64,000 nucleotides of DNA from Camelus dromedarius. Taxonomy: Eukaryota. The notes beneath the pieces were generated by a model that did no database searches, had not been told where the DNA came from, and saw only the letters and a program-made list of their open reading frames with translations. The position numbers and the translations under genes are program-made. Location of the stretch: positions 76,756,001 through 76,820,000 of the forward strand of contig NC_087443.1 in assembly GCF_036321535.1 (NCBI RefSeq), written 5' to 3'. Shown piece after piece: positions 13,542 to 26,679 of the stretch. Each line of letters starts with the position of its first letter. Position 1 is the stretch's first letter.

Positions 13542-15269
13542 CACCTCTGAGGGGCATTCTAATCCTGGCAGTTGGAAGAGCCCTGGGTAGAACTCACTCT
13601 CAGACCTGTGTGCATGTCTTTCCAGCAATGCTCTCTTTATCCCATGCCAATCTGGGAACCTCCTTTCATCTTCAAGACTCCTCTGTTCAAGTTCTGTTTC
13701 TTCTGTGAGGCCTTCCCGACTGTCCAGGCTGAGCCGGGTGCTCCTTCCCACAGGCGTCCATCTGGCTTGGGTGGACTTCTCTTGCTTTCGCTGGATCGGC
13801 ATCCTCACCCCCTTTCCTGGGACTGGTAGTTTTACTTTGCTCAGATATCCCCCTTACGTGCAGTAGTGGTGGGACTGCCAATCGAGGGCCTCGGGTGGGA
13901 GTGGCCTCCTGCAGGACCAATCAGGCCCCCCACCCAGCCCCGGAATCTGAAGCAGAGTGACTGACACTGGCCTGAGGCTGCCTCATCTAGTAACAATGCC
14001 TGAAAGAAACCATCGGCCATTTCCCACTCCTGGAACTCATGGTTCTGGTACTTTCTGAGGTCTGGTTGCTGAGCATTTCCTTTGATTCTGTAAATTGCCT
14101 TATGACCTTCCCAACTTTCCCCTTGCTCCCCTCCCCAGTTCTGAAATTCAATTAGCCGGGGTCAAAGTTCCCTAACTGCCACAGCCTTTATCCCACTGTG
14201 TGGGATAGAGAATGCCTGGTCCTCAGACAGTCCTGAAGCCAGGGCCACACAGCACTTGTCTTTGAGCCTGTTAGCACCTGGTGCTTAGCATGTTGAAGAG
14301 TTGAAAGGAATAAACTGTGGCCCAACAGCATAAACCCAAGGCTCCCCAGTCTGATTAAGATAGACTGGAAACCCCCCACCTTAAGAGGTGGTGCAGGCTA
14401 AGTTGAAAATAAGAATAAGATCTAGAAATGTTTAGATGTAGGTATGGTTTTACAATGGCTCCAACTTCCTTAGGGAAAATCCCATGCATTTGTGGAACAA
14501 CCTTATGCTCTTACACTGGGTGACCACGCTCTTTGCAAAAGAAAACTGCAGGGACAGAAGAGATGGGAGGAAAGTGGCTACTGACTTCCCTCCACCCAGC
14601 TACAGGTCAGCGGCCACGTTCCTGTACCAAAGGCCACAGCTCTCGTGCAGCTGTAGGTCTTACATGGTTGTAGTAAGAACTCAGGCCTCGGGGTGGTAAA
14701 GGTTCTGCTGTTGCTAGCCTCCGAGTACAAGTTCTTTGCAGCTTTCCCTTACCCCTGCCCACATCTTTGTAAATAAAAAGTGTCTCATGGGAGTGTGCTG
14801 ATGGTTTGAGGCCAGATCCTCCTAATTCAGCAGACCGATTGAAAGCTGCCAACTCCCCACTCTTTATATGAACAGGGAACAGGTGGCTCCATGGCCAAAG
14901 AAAGGCCGAAGGAAAATGGAAATCCCAGGAAAGCATCACTTGTTGTATCCTTGCCCACAAACCTTTGCTCAGGTTACTCAGAAGCACTTGAGCAGAGATC
15001 CTGAGCCTCCCCGCATTGTCTGCTTGGAGACAGTGCTGCAGCCACAGGAAGGAGGGAAGAAGCCAGCGGGGAGCAAAATTTACAACCGGGACAATCAGCA
15101 CCTCTATTAACAACATGCACATATGCCGGCAATATTGTGAACATGCTGTTCCCCTGCAAAGTGATCTCTTTTTAGGAAATCAAAAAACCACAGGGTCATA
15201 GACTATCAGAGCTGCCAGAGGCATGAGAGGTCACTCTGGAGTCTAGAATCTAGACCCTGGTTACTTAAA

Positions 15270-15975
15270 GGAAGGTCTGTGGACCAGCCCTAGCAGCCTA
15301 CCTGAGAGCACGTTAGAAATGCAGAATCTCAGGTTTCACCCCAGACCTACTCAATCAGAATGTGCATTTTAATAAGGTCTCCAGGTAATTCACATGCACC
15401 TTAAAATTCGAGAAACACGGTCCTTATCCAGACAGCAACAGCATCAGTATTGCCTGGGAGCCTGTCAGAAACGCAGGTTCACCAGCCCATCCCAGGCCTC
15501 CTGAATCTAAACCTGTGTTTGTTTGTTGTTTCATATTCTTTATTTTATTTTATTTTTATTGAAGTGTAGTTGATCTATAATGTTAGTTTCAGGTGTAGCA
15601 AAGTAATTCAGTTCTATACATATATATACATAAATACATGTATTTTTAGATTCTTTTCCATTGTAGCTTATTACAAGAAATTGAATACAGTTCCTGTGCT
15701 ATACAGTAGGTCCTTGTTGTTTATCTATTTTTATATATAGTAATGTATATCTGTTAATCCCAAACTCCTAATATATCCCCTCCTTTCCCCTTTGGTAACC
15801 ATGGTTTGTTTTCTATGTCTATGAGTCTATTTCTGGTTTGTAAATACAATTTGTATCTTTTTTTTTTTTACATTCCACCTATAAGCAACATCATATGATT
15901 TTTACCTTTCTCTGACTTACTTCGCTTAATAAGCCCCGCAGGTGATTCTAATGCACACTAAAGCTGGAGAGGCAC
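15270..15975. mobile_element. Two adjacent MER5A-like hAT MITE remnants (about 15275-15420; about 15425-15517 plus 15929-15975)
   Basis: AGAAATGCAGAATCTCAGG..CCCCAGACCTACT..ATCAGAA..TGCATTTTAA..CCAGGTGATTC signature. Confidence 0.7.
15518..15928 (-). mobile_element. L1 3' UTR fragment that splits a MER5A copy
   Basis: TTTTTATTGAAGTGTAGTTGA 3' terminus shared with the other L1 tails; MER5A-like sequence resumes at about 15929. Confidence 0.8.
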
Positions 15976-16164
15976 TTCTAGATCAAGGGATCTCTACTTT
16001 TTTTCACTATGGCCCATCTCAGTAAAACAGAAGACCCCTTGGCCCACGTAGGCCTCACTTGGTCTGGTGTCACTTTCCAGGGAAGACAGACTTTGGTGAG
16101 AACAAAGAGTCCCTGTGGGTAGTAGGCACCAGCTAACTTTGCCTGCACAGTTTTACTTCCTTCT

Positions 16165-16490
16165 TTCTCTTTTCTTTCTCTATTTGGGCTGCTGAAACAA
16201 AATACCATAGAATGAGTGGCTTATAAACAACAGAAATTTATTGCTCATGGTTCTGGAGGCTGGAAGTCCCAGATCAGGGTGCCAGCATGTTCAGATTCTG
16301 GGGCGGGGGAGCCCTCTTCCAGGTTGCAGACTGCTAACTTCTCACTGTGTTGTCACATGGTGGAAGGAACAAGCTAGCTCTCTGGGTTCTCTTATAAGGG
16401 CACTAATCCCATTTGTGAGGGCTCCACCCTCATGATCTAATCACCTCCCAAAGGCCCCACCTCCTACCACCATTGCCTTAAGGGTTACAC
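16165..16490 (-). mobile_element. MLT1 (MaLR) solo LTR
   Basis: GCTGCTGAAACAAAATACCATAGA..AACAACAGAAATTTATT..CTGGAGGCTGGAAGTCC signature. Confidence 0.8.
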
Positions 16491-16699
16491 ACACCTACTA
16501 TAGCAATAGAAGATTGGAAGGATTCATGTTTAAGCTGAAATTCAGACATGATTTGTAGACTTGTTATTGGAAATGCAAGAGGCCCAGGTTTGTTGATGAA
16601 ATATGCATCCCTGCACACCGGAGTGTTAATCTGCCACTTGACAAGCTCTGGCCCAAAAGATATAACAAGAATCTATTGGGTCAGGATTCTGGGATAGCT

Positions 16700-18380
16700 T
16701 TTGTTTTTCCTGGTATAAAGGGCAAGACCCAGCTGTCACAGACCCTTTTCCATTTTCCTTCCCTTTTTCTTGCCTGAAATGTGGATGTAATGCCTGAGGG
16801 TGCAGCAGGCACCTTGAGAGCATGAGGGTGAAAGATATACGCTAAGGATGGTGGAGCAGAAAGATGGAAGTGGCCTATTTCTTGATGGTCCTTGGAGCTG
16901 TTGTACCTGCCCAGGGCTGTCTTCCTCTCGGGGCTTCTTGATATATGAGAAAAAGTTAACTCTGTCTGAGTGGGTTTCTGTTATGTGCAGCCAAATGCAA
17001 CTCTAACTTACACAATGCTCCTCTCCTATTACAGCCAAAGAAAGGTCGTGGACTTTTGGGTCAGGTCTGAGCCCACACTTAGAGACTTATTGTCTTGGAC
17101 CATCATTGTCATTCTTCAAGTGAGGGACCTGGGTCCCTGTATTCATTTCCTATTATTCTCTTACAGTTCTAGAGTCAAGGAGTCCGAAACTCAAGGTGTT
17201 AGCAGGACTGCATTCCTTCTGGAGGCTACAAGGGGAGGATCTATTTCTTTGCCTTTTCCATCTTCTAGAGGCCACCTGCATTTCTTGGTTTGTGGCCCCT
17301 TTGTATTCAAGCCCAGCAGCGTAGCATTTTCAAATCTCTCTCACCTCTGCTTCTGTTGTCATGTCTCCTTCTCTAACTCTAACTTTCCTGCCTCCCTTTT
17401 TCCTTTATAAGGATTCATGTGATTAGATTAAANNNNNNNNNNNNNNNNNNNNNNNNNNNNNNNNNNNNNNNNNNNNNNNNNNNNNNNNNNNNNNNNNNNN
17501 NNNNNNNNNNNNNNNNNNNNNNNNNNNNNNNNNNNNNNNNNNNNNNNNNNNNNNNNNNNNNNNNNNNNNNNTCTGTCTACCATAATCTTAGATGTAGAAA
17601 GTGACTTGCCCAAGGTCATGTACAGCTAGTGGAGGAGGGAGAACTGTGCATGGAATCACCACCACAGGCAGAAATGCCCTTTCTCCTCCTTTTCCTTGGC
17701 ATGAAGCTAAAGCCCAATCATTCTTCAAGGTGCATTTCAGGCTGCCCCTCTGCTCAGAGACCATTGCTGCCCTTCACGGCCCACAGAGCCCATCCTCTTG
17801 GCTGTGTCTGTCACTCAATGGCACTCGGCCCACATATGGTCAGTCATCTTAAAAGTGTACCCACTTTTGGTCCAGTCTTGACTCAAAGGCAAAGATCTCA
17901 CTTGAAACCTTTTTGGACCCCTAAGTCCTACTGGGCCTAATGCATGGATGATGTATGGATCATGATGTTTGTGGTAGATTATCCAGACTGACTCACTCAG
18001 CTCCTGTACCATAGAATCTGGAAGGCTAAAAGCTGCATTTCCCAGACTCCCTTGCAGGTTGGATTAGGTTCCACCAAGCCAGACATCATAAAAGGGAGGT
18101 GGTGGCCACAGGTAGAATCTTCAGAAGGTACAGTGGCAGATTTGGTTCTTTGGGGGCTGTACTATCACATCCCTGTTATCTTAGGAGCCAAGTGATGGGG
18201 CAGTTTATTTCCAATAGAACAATACAATTGGCCATTTCTCATAGCTGCATGGCTCTTGGCTATGTGGTCCTTGAGCTTGGTTCTCCAGTCCTCCTGGAAG
18301 TCTGTGAGCTCCTTAATGCCCTATGTAAACATACCCCTCTAGCTGGTATGGTTTCTGTTGTCTGCAACTAAGAACCATGC
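16700..18380. mobile_element. Further MLT1-type LTR fragments (about 16700-16995, 17140-17432 cut by the gap, 17960-18380), with a MIR piece near 17575-17640
   Basis: MaLR-like motifs seen by eye; subfamilies not resolved. Confidence 0.55.
17433..17571. other. Assembly gap (139 N)
   Basis: N run. Confidence 1.
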
Positions 18381-19399
18381 TCAATTTAAGGTCTCATGCT
18401 TGTTTCTCCCCTAACCAGATTGTAAATCCCCCAAGGGCAGGAACTACATTTTATGTTTTTCCTGTATAATCAACAGAGTACACACAGTTTCTCCAGTAAA
18501 CTTATCAACTTGACATGCACAATTCACTGAACTGGATTAAAGTTCTAATATGCTGATGAAGTCTTTGTCCTATCTGTGAGTCAAGAGCCTGAAACAAAGT
18601 GGCCATCTTAACATGGTCTTCTTTTGAAACCTTAAAGCTAAGTCAGGACAAGAGAAGTCAATTTTTTTTCAAATTTCAACTTAAACACTTGAAAGGGTCA
18701 GAGGGGCAGCCAAGGATACTCTTCCCCCTTTTCTACCTGTTTTTTATAAAAGTGTTACAAAAATGTTGTAACATTAAATAGAATGTAAAAATTCATCCAG
18801 AACCTCACTGAGCCAACACACTGCAATATTCCCATTTTCTTCTCAGCCCCATTCCTGTGCATCTTTATTTTTGCAGACTGTGGTCTACATACAATTTTCT
18901 ATTCTGCTTTTTCATACAATGTCATAACATGAGCATTTTCCATGTTGTAACCTGGTCTTCCTTTTTGGTGGCATAATATTTCTCTCAGTAGCCATCCTAT
19001 AATTTCTTGAACAATTCCGGTCCTTGAACGCACTTTTTTTCCAGCTTGTTCTGGAATTATAGCTTACACTGCAGACTTGTCTTTAGGTTCATTTTCTTTC
19101 TTTCTTTCTTTCCTTTTTAGGTTCATTTTCTTATTATTGCTTCTCAGGCACGCAGGACTGTCCCATCAATGGGCCCAACTATCAACTTGCTTTTAGGACT
19201 GTCACCGGACGGACCAGAGGCTGAGAACACCAGTGAAGGTCTTGCCTCGTCTCTTTAATGTTTGCTACTTTAACAGGTAGGTGCCTCCTTGTCGTTCCAT
19301 TTTGCCTTGCTCTGATCTTTTAGGGAGGTTGATTGTTTCCCAGTGGGTTGTTTTCTGCTTTTTCCGCGCTCTGTCCACTGATCTGCAGGGGGAAAGGGT

Positions 19400-19880
19400 C
19401 CCATTTTGGGGCGCGTGACGCCGGAGTCGGGAGGCGCAGCCCCGCGGCTCCCCGCCGGCCCCGCCCCACCCGGTCGGGTCCCGCGGGACTACACTTCCCA
19501 GGTGCCCCTGCGCGGCGAGCGCGGCCGCGGTTTCCAGCTACGGGTTGGGACGCGGGGGCCCGAGGCGCACGGCGGGGCACGATGGCGGCTTGGGGCGAGC
19601 TGCTGGCTGGCGTGCGCGGGGTGCTGCTCGACATCTCGGGCGTGCTGTACGACGGCGGTGAGGGCGGCGGCGAGCCGATCGCCGGCTCCGTGGAGGCGGT
19701 GGCCAGGTGAGTGGGCCGCGCTGCCGCCTTGGGCGCCTGGTTCCGCGCTCAGCAGGTCCCGCGCCGGCCGCTGCCCGGCGAGCTGAGGGGTAGCCCCAGG
19801 GGAGGACCCCGCTGCAGCCTCCAGGTGTACCAGGGACCCGGCGCCCCTGTGCGAGCACACGGCCTCTGCTGGTTAGAGTT
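19400..19880 (+). promoter_or_regulatory. LHPP promoter CpG island with a GC box (about 19459-19467) and a ZNF143/THAP11-type motif ACTACACTTCCCAGGTGC (19488-19505)
   Basis: CpG density; motif fits ACTACAnnTCCCAnnTGC. Confidence 0.8.
19582..19706 (+). CDS. LHPP: LHPP coding exon 1 (125 nt; MAAWGELLAGVRGVLLDISGVLYDGGEGGGEPIAGSVEAVAR; HAD motif I, D17-I-S19-G-V)
   Basis: ATG at 19582 in GCACGATGG context within a CpG island; donor AG|GTGAGT at 19707; the DISGV motif is characteristic of LHPP. Confidence 0.96.
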
Positions 19881-19884
19881 GCGC

Positions 19885-20182
19885 CGCTGTCCAACAGGGC
19901 AGCCCCTTGCTGGTTGCTGCTGAGCTCTTGGAATGTGGCCAGGCTGAGTTAAGATGTGCTGTCAGTGTACAATCCACACCAGATTTTGAAGGTTTAATGA
20001 GGAAAAGATAAAGAGCTCATTGTATTGGTTTGTATTGGTTGCATATTGAAGTGATAATAATTTAAATATACTAGGTTAAATAAAACAAGTTAATTCCACC
20101 TGTTTCTTTTGACTTCTGTTAATGTGGTTACCAGAAAACTTTAAATTACACATGTACCTGGCATTATAATTCAGTTGGACTG
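19885..20182. mobile_element. MER33-like hAT MITE in LHPP intron 1
   Basis: GCTGTCCAA left end; TTAATTCCACCTGTTTCTTT..AATGTGGTTACCAGAAAACTTTAAATTACA..TTGGAC right end. Confidence 0.65.
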
Positions 20183-21039
20183 AATTGATTGTTTTGACGG
20201 TAGGAGGGTATCTTGTCCCCTAGGTCTTGTGCACAGAGGACACTGTCAGAACCACCTTTGGATCCCCTGGACCCTGCGCTTTGTAATTGCTGTTGGCATC
20301 GCAGGCCGGTGCTGCCATGGTGTTGATGGGCTGTCAGGCAGGGTTAATTGCACAGGACTTGGCCTCCCAGGGTCACTAGCTGGGGAACCCTGGCTTGGTG
20401 GCCTGACTTTGCTGGGACTCAGTTTACCTACCTGTAGCTGGCAGTTAAGTGAGCCTCTTGGCCCTCTTCAGAGACCCTACACACCTGTCTGTATGGGAGC
20501 CAAACTGCCCTGCATAGCAGCACAGGGGGTGTCTGGGGAGCCAGGAACTCAGGAAAGGGAGACAAGGCCTTGTCTCGCGTGTATAGAAGGCAGACCTAGG
20601 AGACTCCTGGCGGCCCTGGGGTCAAAATCTAGGTTTAAATGCCTTCCTGGCCTCTGTCGTGATCTTCCTTTACCCCAGGACTTAAGACCAGCTCTGTCAC
20701 AGTCTAGAGCATTATGTGGGTTGTACCTGTGGGAATGGGGCAGAGGGCACTGGGCTGTGTTTTGGGGATGAAGCAGGCCCCGTATGGGGGAGCAGGAGGC
20801 CAGAGTCTTAGGGCTGTGACTGGGGCAAACAAGGCCTCACAGAGCTCATGTCTGGAGGGGAGATGGACAGTAAACCTGGACACCAATGAGTAAACCAAGT
20901 CACCAGCTTGGCGTAAGTGATGTGAGGAAGGTGGGCACTGAGAGTGTGACAGGGGTGAGGCTGGCCTGTGCTGCAGAGGGTCCAGGGACAGCTGTGAGGA
21001 GGAGGTATGGGACTGAACCAGAGAGTAAGAAGGGCCATC

Positions 21040-21960
21040 CGAGTGATCTGATTTATGTTTTAAGGAAATTTAAATGTGAAAAGTGAAACCATATACGTAG
21101 CAAATGAAAACAGGAGAGATTCCCTTTGAAATCTGGAAGTAGAAGACCTTTGCAGCTGTGCCTCAAAATCTAGAAAACCACAACAGAAGATCAACAGCCC
21201 AAAAGAAAAATGCCCAAAGGATGTAAATAATTCATTCACAAGAAAAGAAAAATAAATAAAAGGACAAAGGAAAAGCATAGGAAGGGAACTCAGCCTTACT
21301 TAAATAAGAAAAATGCAAATTAAAGCAATACTGAGATGCCTTTTCATCCATTTGAGAAAATTGGCAAGAATCCAAAACTTTGGGACCGCTTCCTCCTGGT
21401 GAGAGTTTGCAGAAACAGACCCTGTCTTATATTGCTCATGGAAGGTGCATTGGCATTACCTGTTAGAAGTTCCACTTCTGGGAATTTGTCCTACCTCATC
21501 CATGAGAAATGACATGCTAGGTGAAATAGCAAGAGACTGGAGATAGCTCAGCTGTCCATCCATAGGGGAGTATTATGATCTCTCCATCTGTATGGTGGAG
21601 TACCACGCTGCATGAAACAGGATGAGCACGACTGCCGTGTAGACATACCGTCAGTGAAGATGGCAGACACGGGGCAGGGTGTGCACTGTACTGCCTCCTG
21701 AGTGGAAAAGGCAGACATTCAGGCATGTATTCCTGTTGGTGTGTTTGCATAAAGAACCTGGAGGGAAGAGCTTCACTCCCTTTATAAAGACTTGGGAGAC
21801 AAGTGACTGGGGAGAACTGGGTGGCTAGGGGGAGGGGTGGGAACAAGACTTCACTGTGTAGCTTTGTATATAAACATTTTTTAAACTGTTTTGAACTATG
21901 TGAATGTATTTCCCATTCAAGATAATAAATTACAAATATTTTGTCAACTATATCTCAATA
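21040..21960 (+). mobile_element. Old L1 (L1ME-like) fragments
   Basis: AAATGCAAATTAAAGCAATACTGAGATGCC and other L1 ORF2-end and 3' UTR motifs. Confidence 0.6.
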
Positions 21961-21993
21961 ATGCTAGAAAAAATACCACACCAAAAGTTTTAA

Positions 21994-22073
21994 AATTTTT
22001 TTAATTGAAGTATAGTCAGTTTACAATGTTGTGTTAATTTCTAGTGTACAGCATAGTGATTCATTTATACATA
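21994..22073 (-). mobile_element. Very short L1 3' tail (about 80 bp)
   Basis: TTAATTGAAGTATAGTCAGTTTACAATGTTGTG; degenerate TSD around 21977-21993 and 22074-22090. Confidence 0.7.
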
Positions 22074-22357
22074 CACAAAAAATGTTTTAAGAAGATCTCT
22101 CTGGCTGCAGCGTGGGGAATGGCTGGCAGTGGGGCAGATGGCAGGGCTCCAGAGGAAACAGGGACAGGACAGCCAGTTCCCTGGGGACCATTGTGTGGTC
22201 CAGGGAGAAAAGATGGGGTTTGGACTAGGGGGGTGGCAATGGAGGTGAAGAGAAGGGGGTGAATTAAAGAGCTGTTTTGGAAGTAGAACTAGTGGAACCT
22301 ACCGATACATTGGATGTTGTGGGGACCAGGGAGAAGATGAAATAAAGAATGACTCCG

Positions 22358-22517
22358 GTGAGGAGGGTATAGCTCAAAGTGGTGGAGCACATGCTTAGTA
22401 TGCACAAGGTCCTGGGTTCAATCCTCAGTACCTCCTCTTAAAAAAGTAAATAAATAAATAAACCTAATTGTCTCCCCCACCCAAAAAATAACCAAAAAAA
22501 AATTTAAAGCAAAAAAA
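22358..22517 (+). mobile_element. tRNA-Ala-derived SINE (camelid type), long form, inserted into an L2 remnant
   Basis: A-box TAGCTCAAAGTGG, B-box GGTTCAATCC, then TAAATAAATAAACCTAATT..CCCCC and an A-rich tail. Confidence 0.85.
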
Positions 22518-25500
22518 CCCGAAAGACTCTTGTGTCAGACTGGAGCATCTGAGGGGATGGAGTGGGGCAGAGAGGGATGCAGGCAGGTGTCATGACGGCT
22601 CATGACACGTGTCAGGTTCTTGGCCCAGTGCCTGGCACACAATAGACCCTATGAGTATGACGTTTAAGTCTCACGTCCTATGTTAATACAGAAATTCCTG
22701 TTATATATGCCTTGAATTCTTTTAAAATGAGGGCCACTTGAAAACAACTTTGTATTAAAATAATATACACATATATTCTACTATTGAGGGAGTGTGGTTT
22801 CCTGCTTCAGTTATTTTTGACTAGTGCTGCCATGAGGTTCTGGGACATGTCTCTGTGAATGCATGGATGCGCTTCTGCTGGGCATAGACCTCGGGGTGGA
22901 ATTGCTGGTCACGAGATCGGTGCACATTCAGCGCTAGAAGATGCTGCTGCATCGTTTTCCAAAGCGGTTTACGCGAGAGTCCCCGTTGCTCCATGTCTTC
23001 AACAGTACGTGGGTTTGTCAGTCCTTTGCATTTAAGCAGGGTCACTTTTGTATATAAAACACCTGAAAAGTAAAGTAGGTCAAGAATGTGGACAAAGCCT
23101 CCGTCCCTCCGCATCCACTGTCTGCTGAGGAGCACAGAGTGGATTCAGCAGTGGCCTTGGAATAGGTAGGGCTGCTTGTAAGCCCTTGTTTTCCAGTCAG
23201 TCACGTGGGTCTGATGTGCACCCTTCCTGGGCCGGTGAGGCTCCAGGTGTCTCCCAGCACCAGCAAAGCTGGGTGCTCTCCAAGAGCACGTCCTCTGTGC
23301 TGCGCATTCATGCCTATGTCATTTAGTCCCCCTTAACAGCACAGGAGTGGGAGGGGCTGTTATCTCCCTTGATCAGCTGAGGCCACTGTGGCTCAAGGCT
23401 TGCCAGGGTCTCAGCTGGGATGGCCCAGGGATCATGGGAACCTAGATCTGCCTGACTCCTACCTTCTGTGCAGGACCCATATGTAGAGTCCTTTGAAGGA
23501 GAGGCAGGCATTTTAAAAAGTCAGGGGCTTCTCTTTAACAGCCTTTCCTGGGTGATGCTCCCCCTCCCTCACCCCGACACACTGTCCAGCCTGCACGTAT
23601 TCCGGGGTGTGGCATGCATGAAGGAGGGTGGTCCCGGGTCCATTAACCTCTGTGGGTTCTGTGCTGGCATCTTCCAACGGATCACCGCAAGTTTTAGTTT
23701 TGATTTGCTTTGACTCAGCTGGTTTATCTAGCTGGAGTGTTTCTGGTAGCAGCTACACTGAATAAATCTAGCAGAGATGTAATAACAGTCCTAAAATACA
23801 TCCCAGCCAGTTTTGTAGCTGAGGGAGTGAAGAAGCATCTTCCCTGGAGTGTGTGGGGTTGTTTTCAGGGAGGGAACACACTGTTCTTTATCTCAGGGGA
23901 GTTTATCATAATGCTGCCCAGAAGCCTGGAGAATGATGGTCTGGTCCCTCTGAGACCCCCCTGGGCTGCATGCCACAGGACCCTGTCCCCATCCCTCCTC
24001 CCACTCCCCAGGGCCTTCTCAAGTGACCTTTGTGGCCCCTCCCCCTCCCCCCACCTCACCACCTTGCTCCCAGTTGCGCAGACTCCTGGCTGGGATTTTC
24101 ACTGACAGAGCCCTGAGCAGCCCCAGTACCCACAGAGCCTGGGCCCCTCACACTGCGGCACCCTCTGGCTCTCACCCACTTTCCTTTTCTCTCTTTAGCT
24201 CTTGTGCCAGCTCTTGAAAGACTGGCCTGGCCTCCAGTGGCCGGCTGATCACACTCAGGCCTGAGGAAGCCCCACATGCCCTCCTCAAGCCTGGCGTCTA
24301 GACCCTCAATGAGCTTACAAACATCCCCCGGGAAAAGCCGCCAGCTTTTGGCGTTTCCGTGGTGATGTCAGACATGGGGATATGGCTCTTTCCCTATCGT
24401 GGTGGCTAAGCCAAGAATAGACTCTCCCAGGAAGCTTGACGGAACAGGTCCCGGGGGCCAAGGTGAATAGCACTGGGCAGCCACCCCCTGTTCTCTGTGC
24501 CTCCTTGATGTGCGAGCTGGCTTTGAAGTCTCGAGGGAGCTCAAAGGAAGCCCCTAGGGGAGAGCAGCGCTTCAGAGGGACGGCCTGATGGGGGTCCCGG
24601 GGTCGTGGGGAGCGTGTGCCTCCATGGTGGCTCCCAACACTGCAGGTTCTCACTCCTCTCCCTAGCCTTTCTGTGGTAGTAGGTGTCCTCAGGTTTTCTG
24701 AACGGTTCCCACCTTCTTGCGGAGACAGAGCACTTGGGGAGTATCGACTCTGCTTTTTTTTTTTCCCGACTCTGCCTTTTAAAATAGCGGTCACCAGTGA
24801 TGGAGGGAGGCCTGTAAGGTCCCAGTTAGGTGTCTGACCACAGAAACTGCCTTTACAGCCAGCCCTTTTCTAAATGAGGACTGAGCCAGAGAGATTCGGA
24901 AACCGGCAGAAGTGGAGAAGGTGGCTGATCCAGGGTCCCCCGCACCCCCAGCCCCCAATGCACCTGACTCCAAGCCCCAGTTTCCCCCACAGGACTGCCC
25001 TGCTTCTCATTAAAGATGCCCTCGTTCATCTGTTCATTCACTCACGCACCCTACAGATATTTACTGAGTGCTGCTTTTATACTGAAGACACTGCTGGAGG
25101 CCCCAGTGAATGGGGCAGATGGAAATCCCTGCCCTCGTGAAGCTGATGGTTCAGTGTGAGAAGTCAGGGGAGATCAGCGTGCAGAGCTCGGGAAAGGTTA
25201 GTGTCAGGTGGGGAGATGCGGAGCCAGGGTTGGGGGGCTCGGCCTCACAGACCCGGTGGTGTGTGAGCTGGGCTCTGACGCTGTCATCTGGGCCAGGAGC
25301 ATCCCAGATGGGAGAACAGAAGGTCTGGGCCATGCTGATTCCTTCCTGGAGCTGCTGGGGCTGGTGCTGGCCAGGTGGGGCCCTCTTACTGCTCTGGAAC
25401 TTGTGGGCGGGCGTGGTCATGGGACAGCTGTAACCGGCCTGGGTCCCCCCCAACAGGCCCTTTATTGGAGTCTATTCTTGAGCAGTTGGGCTCCCCCAGG

Positions 25501-26679
25501 GGAGCCATTCAGAGGCAGGGCTGGGCACAGCAGGGGCTGCAGGGGCCGTCCCAGGGGCTTGTCGGCACAAAGGGGAGCCCTGGAGGCATCTGCATGTGAA
25601 AGCGAGTGGGCATTTACTACATCCTGTCTCAGGACACTAAAGCACATCTGCTGGGCCCGTGCGGCCCAGCCTTTTAGCGGCCGGGCGGAAGGAAGCAGGC
25701 TCGGCCTCGGCCCGGGGCAGCCTCATAAAGCAATTCCCACCCAGGACTAACAGACCTGAGACCCTTCCTTCCAAGTGTGCACCGGAAGCCCTCGACCTTG
25801 TTAAAGCTCAGGCCCCGCCCAGCAGGTCCTAGAACCGAGGAACAGGGCCAGGGAGCCTAGTCTGAAGTGCGGCTGTAGGACCAACCCCCTCCTTGATGCT
25901 TGGCCACCCAGGCACCAACGGGCCCTGGGGATGCAGGTCCCAGGAGTGGCAGCAGTAACAGTGGCTACCAGGACTGCGGGAGAGCCAGGCACCTCACTGC
26001 GTTGCCTCATCCCATCCTCCACACGTGGCCCAGCACCTGGCAGAGGGGGCCCTTAAGGATTTCAGAGGGCTGGCCGTTTGTTTGAGTTTGTTTCGGCCAA
26101 TGGGAGCTTTCCTAACTCAGCCTGGACCTTGGACAAGGGGTGTTTGTTGAGAATGCCCTGTCACTTGGGCTGCCATTTGCTCTCCGGGGGTGAGCAGGCC
26201 ATCTTCAGAGCTGGGGAGGGGTCTGGGGCGGGTGGCAGGGCACAATGCTCTCCTCCCAGGCTGAGTTCTCGTTTCAGAATATCTGTAGTTCAAGCTTCGC
26301 AAGTCACAGGTGGCTTCCTTCTTGTAAGCAATCCAACTGTGCATGAATGTGCTAAGTAAAAAGTCCAAATCCTTGTCACCTGCTCCATCCTGGTCATTCC
26401 CCCATTCCCCCAGGAAGGACCCTGTGCTTCCTTCCACTCCTTTCCCTCTGTTTCCCCAAAAGCACAGAGGATTTTAAAAAGCAGCCCCTCCCCTTCCTGG
26501 CTCTGGTCCAGCCTCATAGTCTTCCCATCACACCCCCACGGCCCCCACACTCCGGGGGCAGCCCTGATGCTCCAGGCCCCTGGAGGCTGGAGTTCCCCGC
26601 ATATCCCGAGCCAGGGGTTTCCAGTTATGGAGCCTCAGAGCGTTTATCTCCTAAATGAAATCTGGGGCAGAACCCCCCA

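Noticed and set aside
19333-19581. In-frame 83-aa N-terminal extension of LHPP
   Set aside because: Begins at a TTG probably upstream of the TSS. The ATG at 19582 has good context and matches the known N-terminus.
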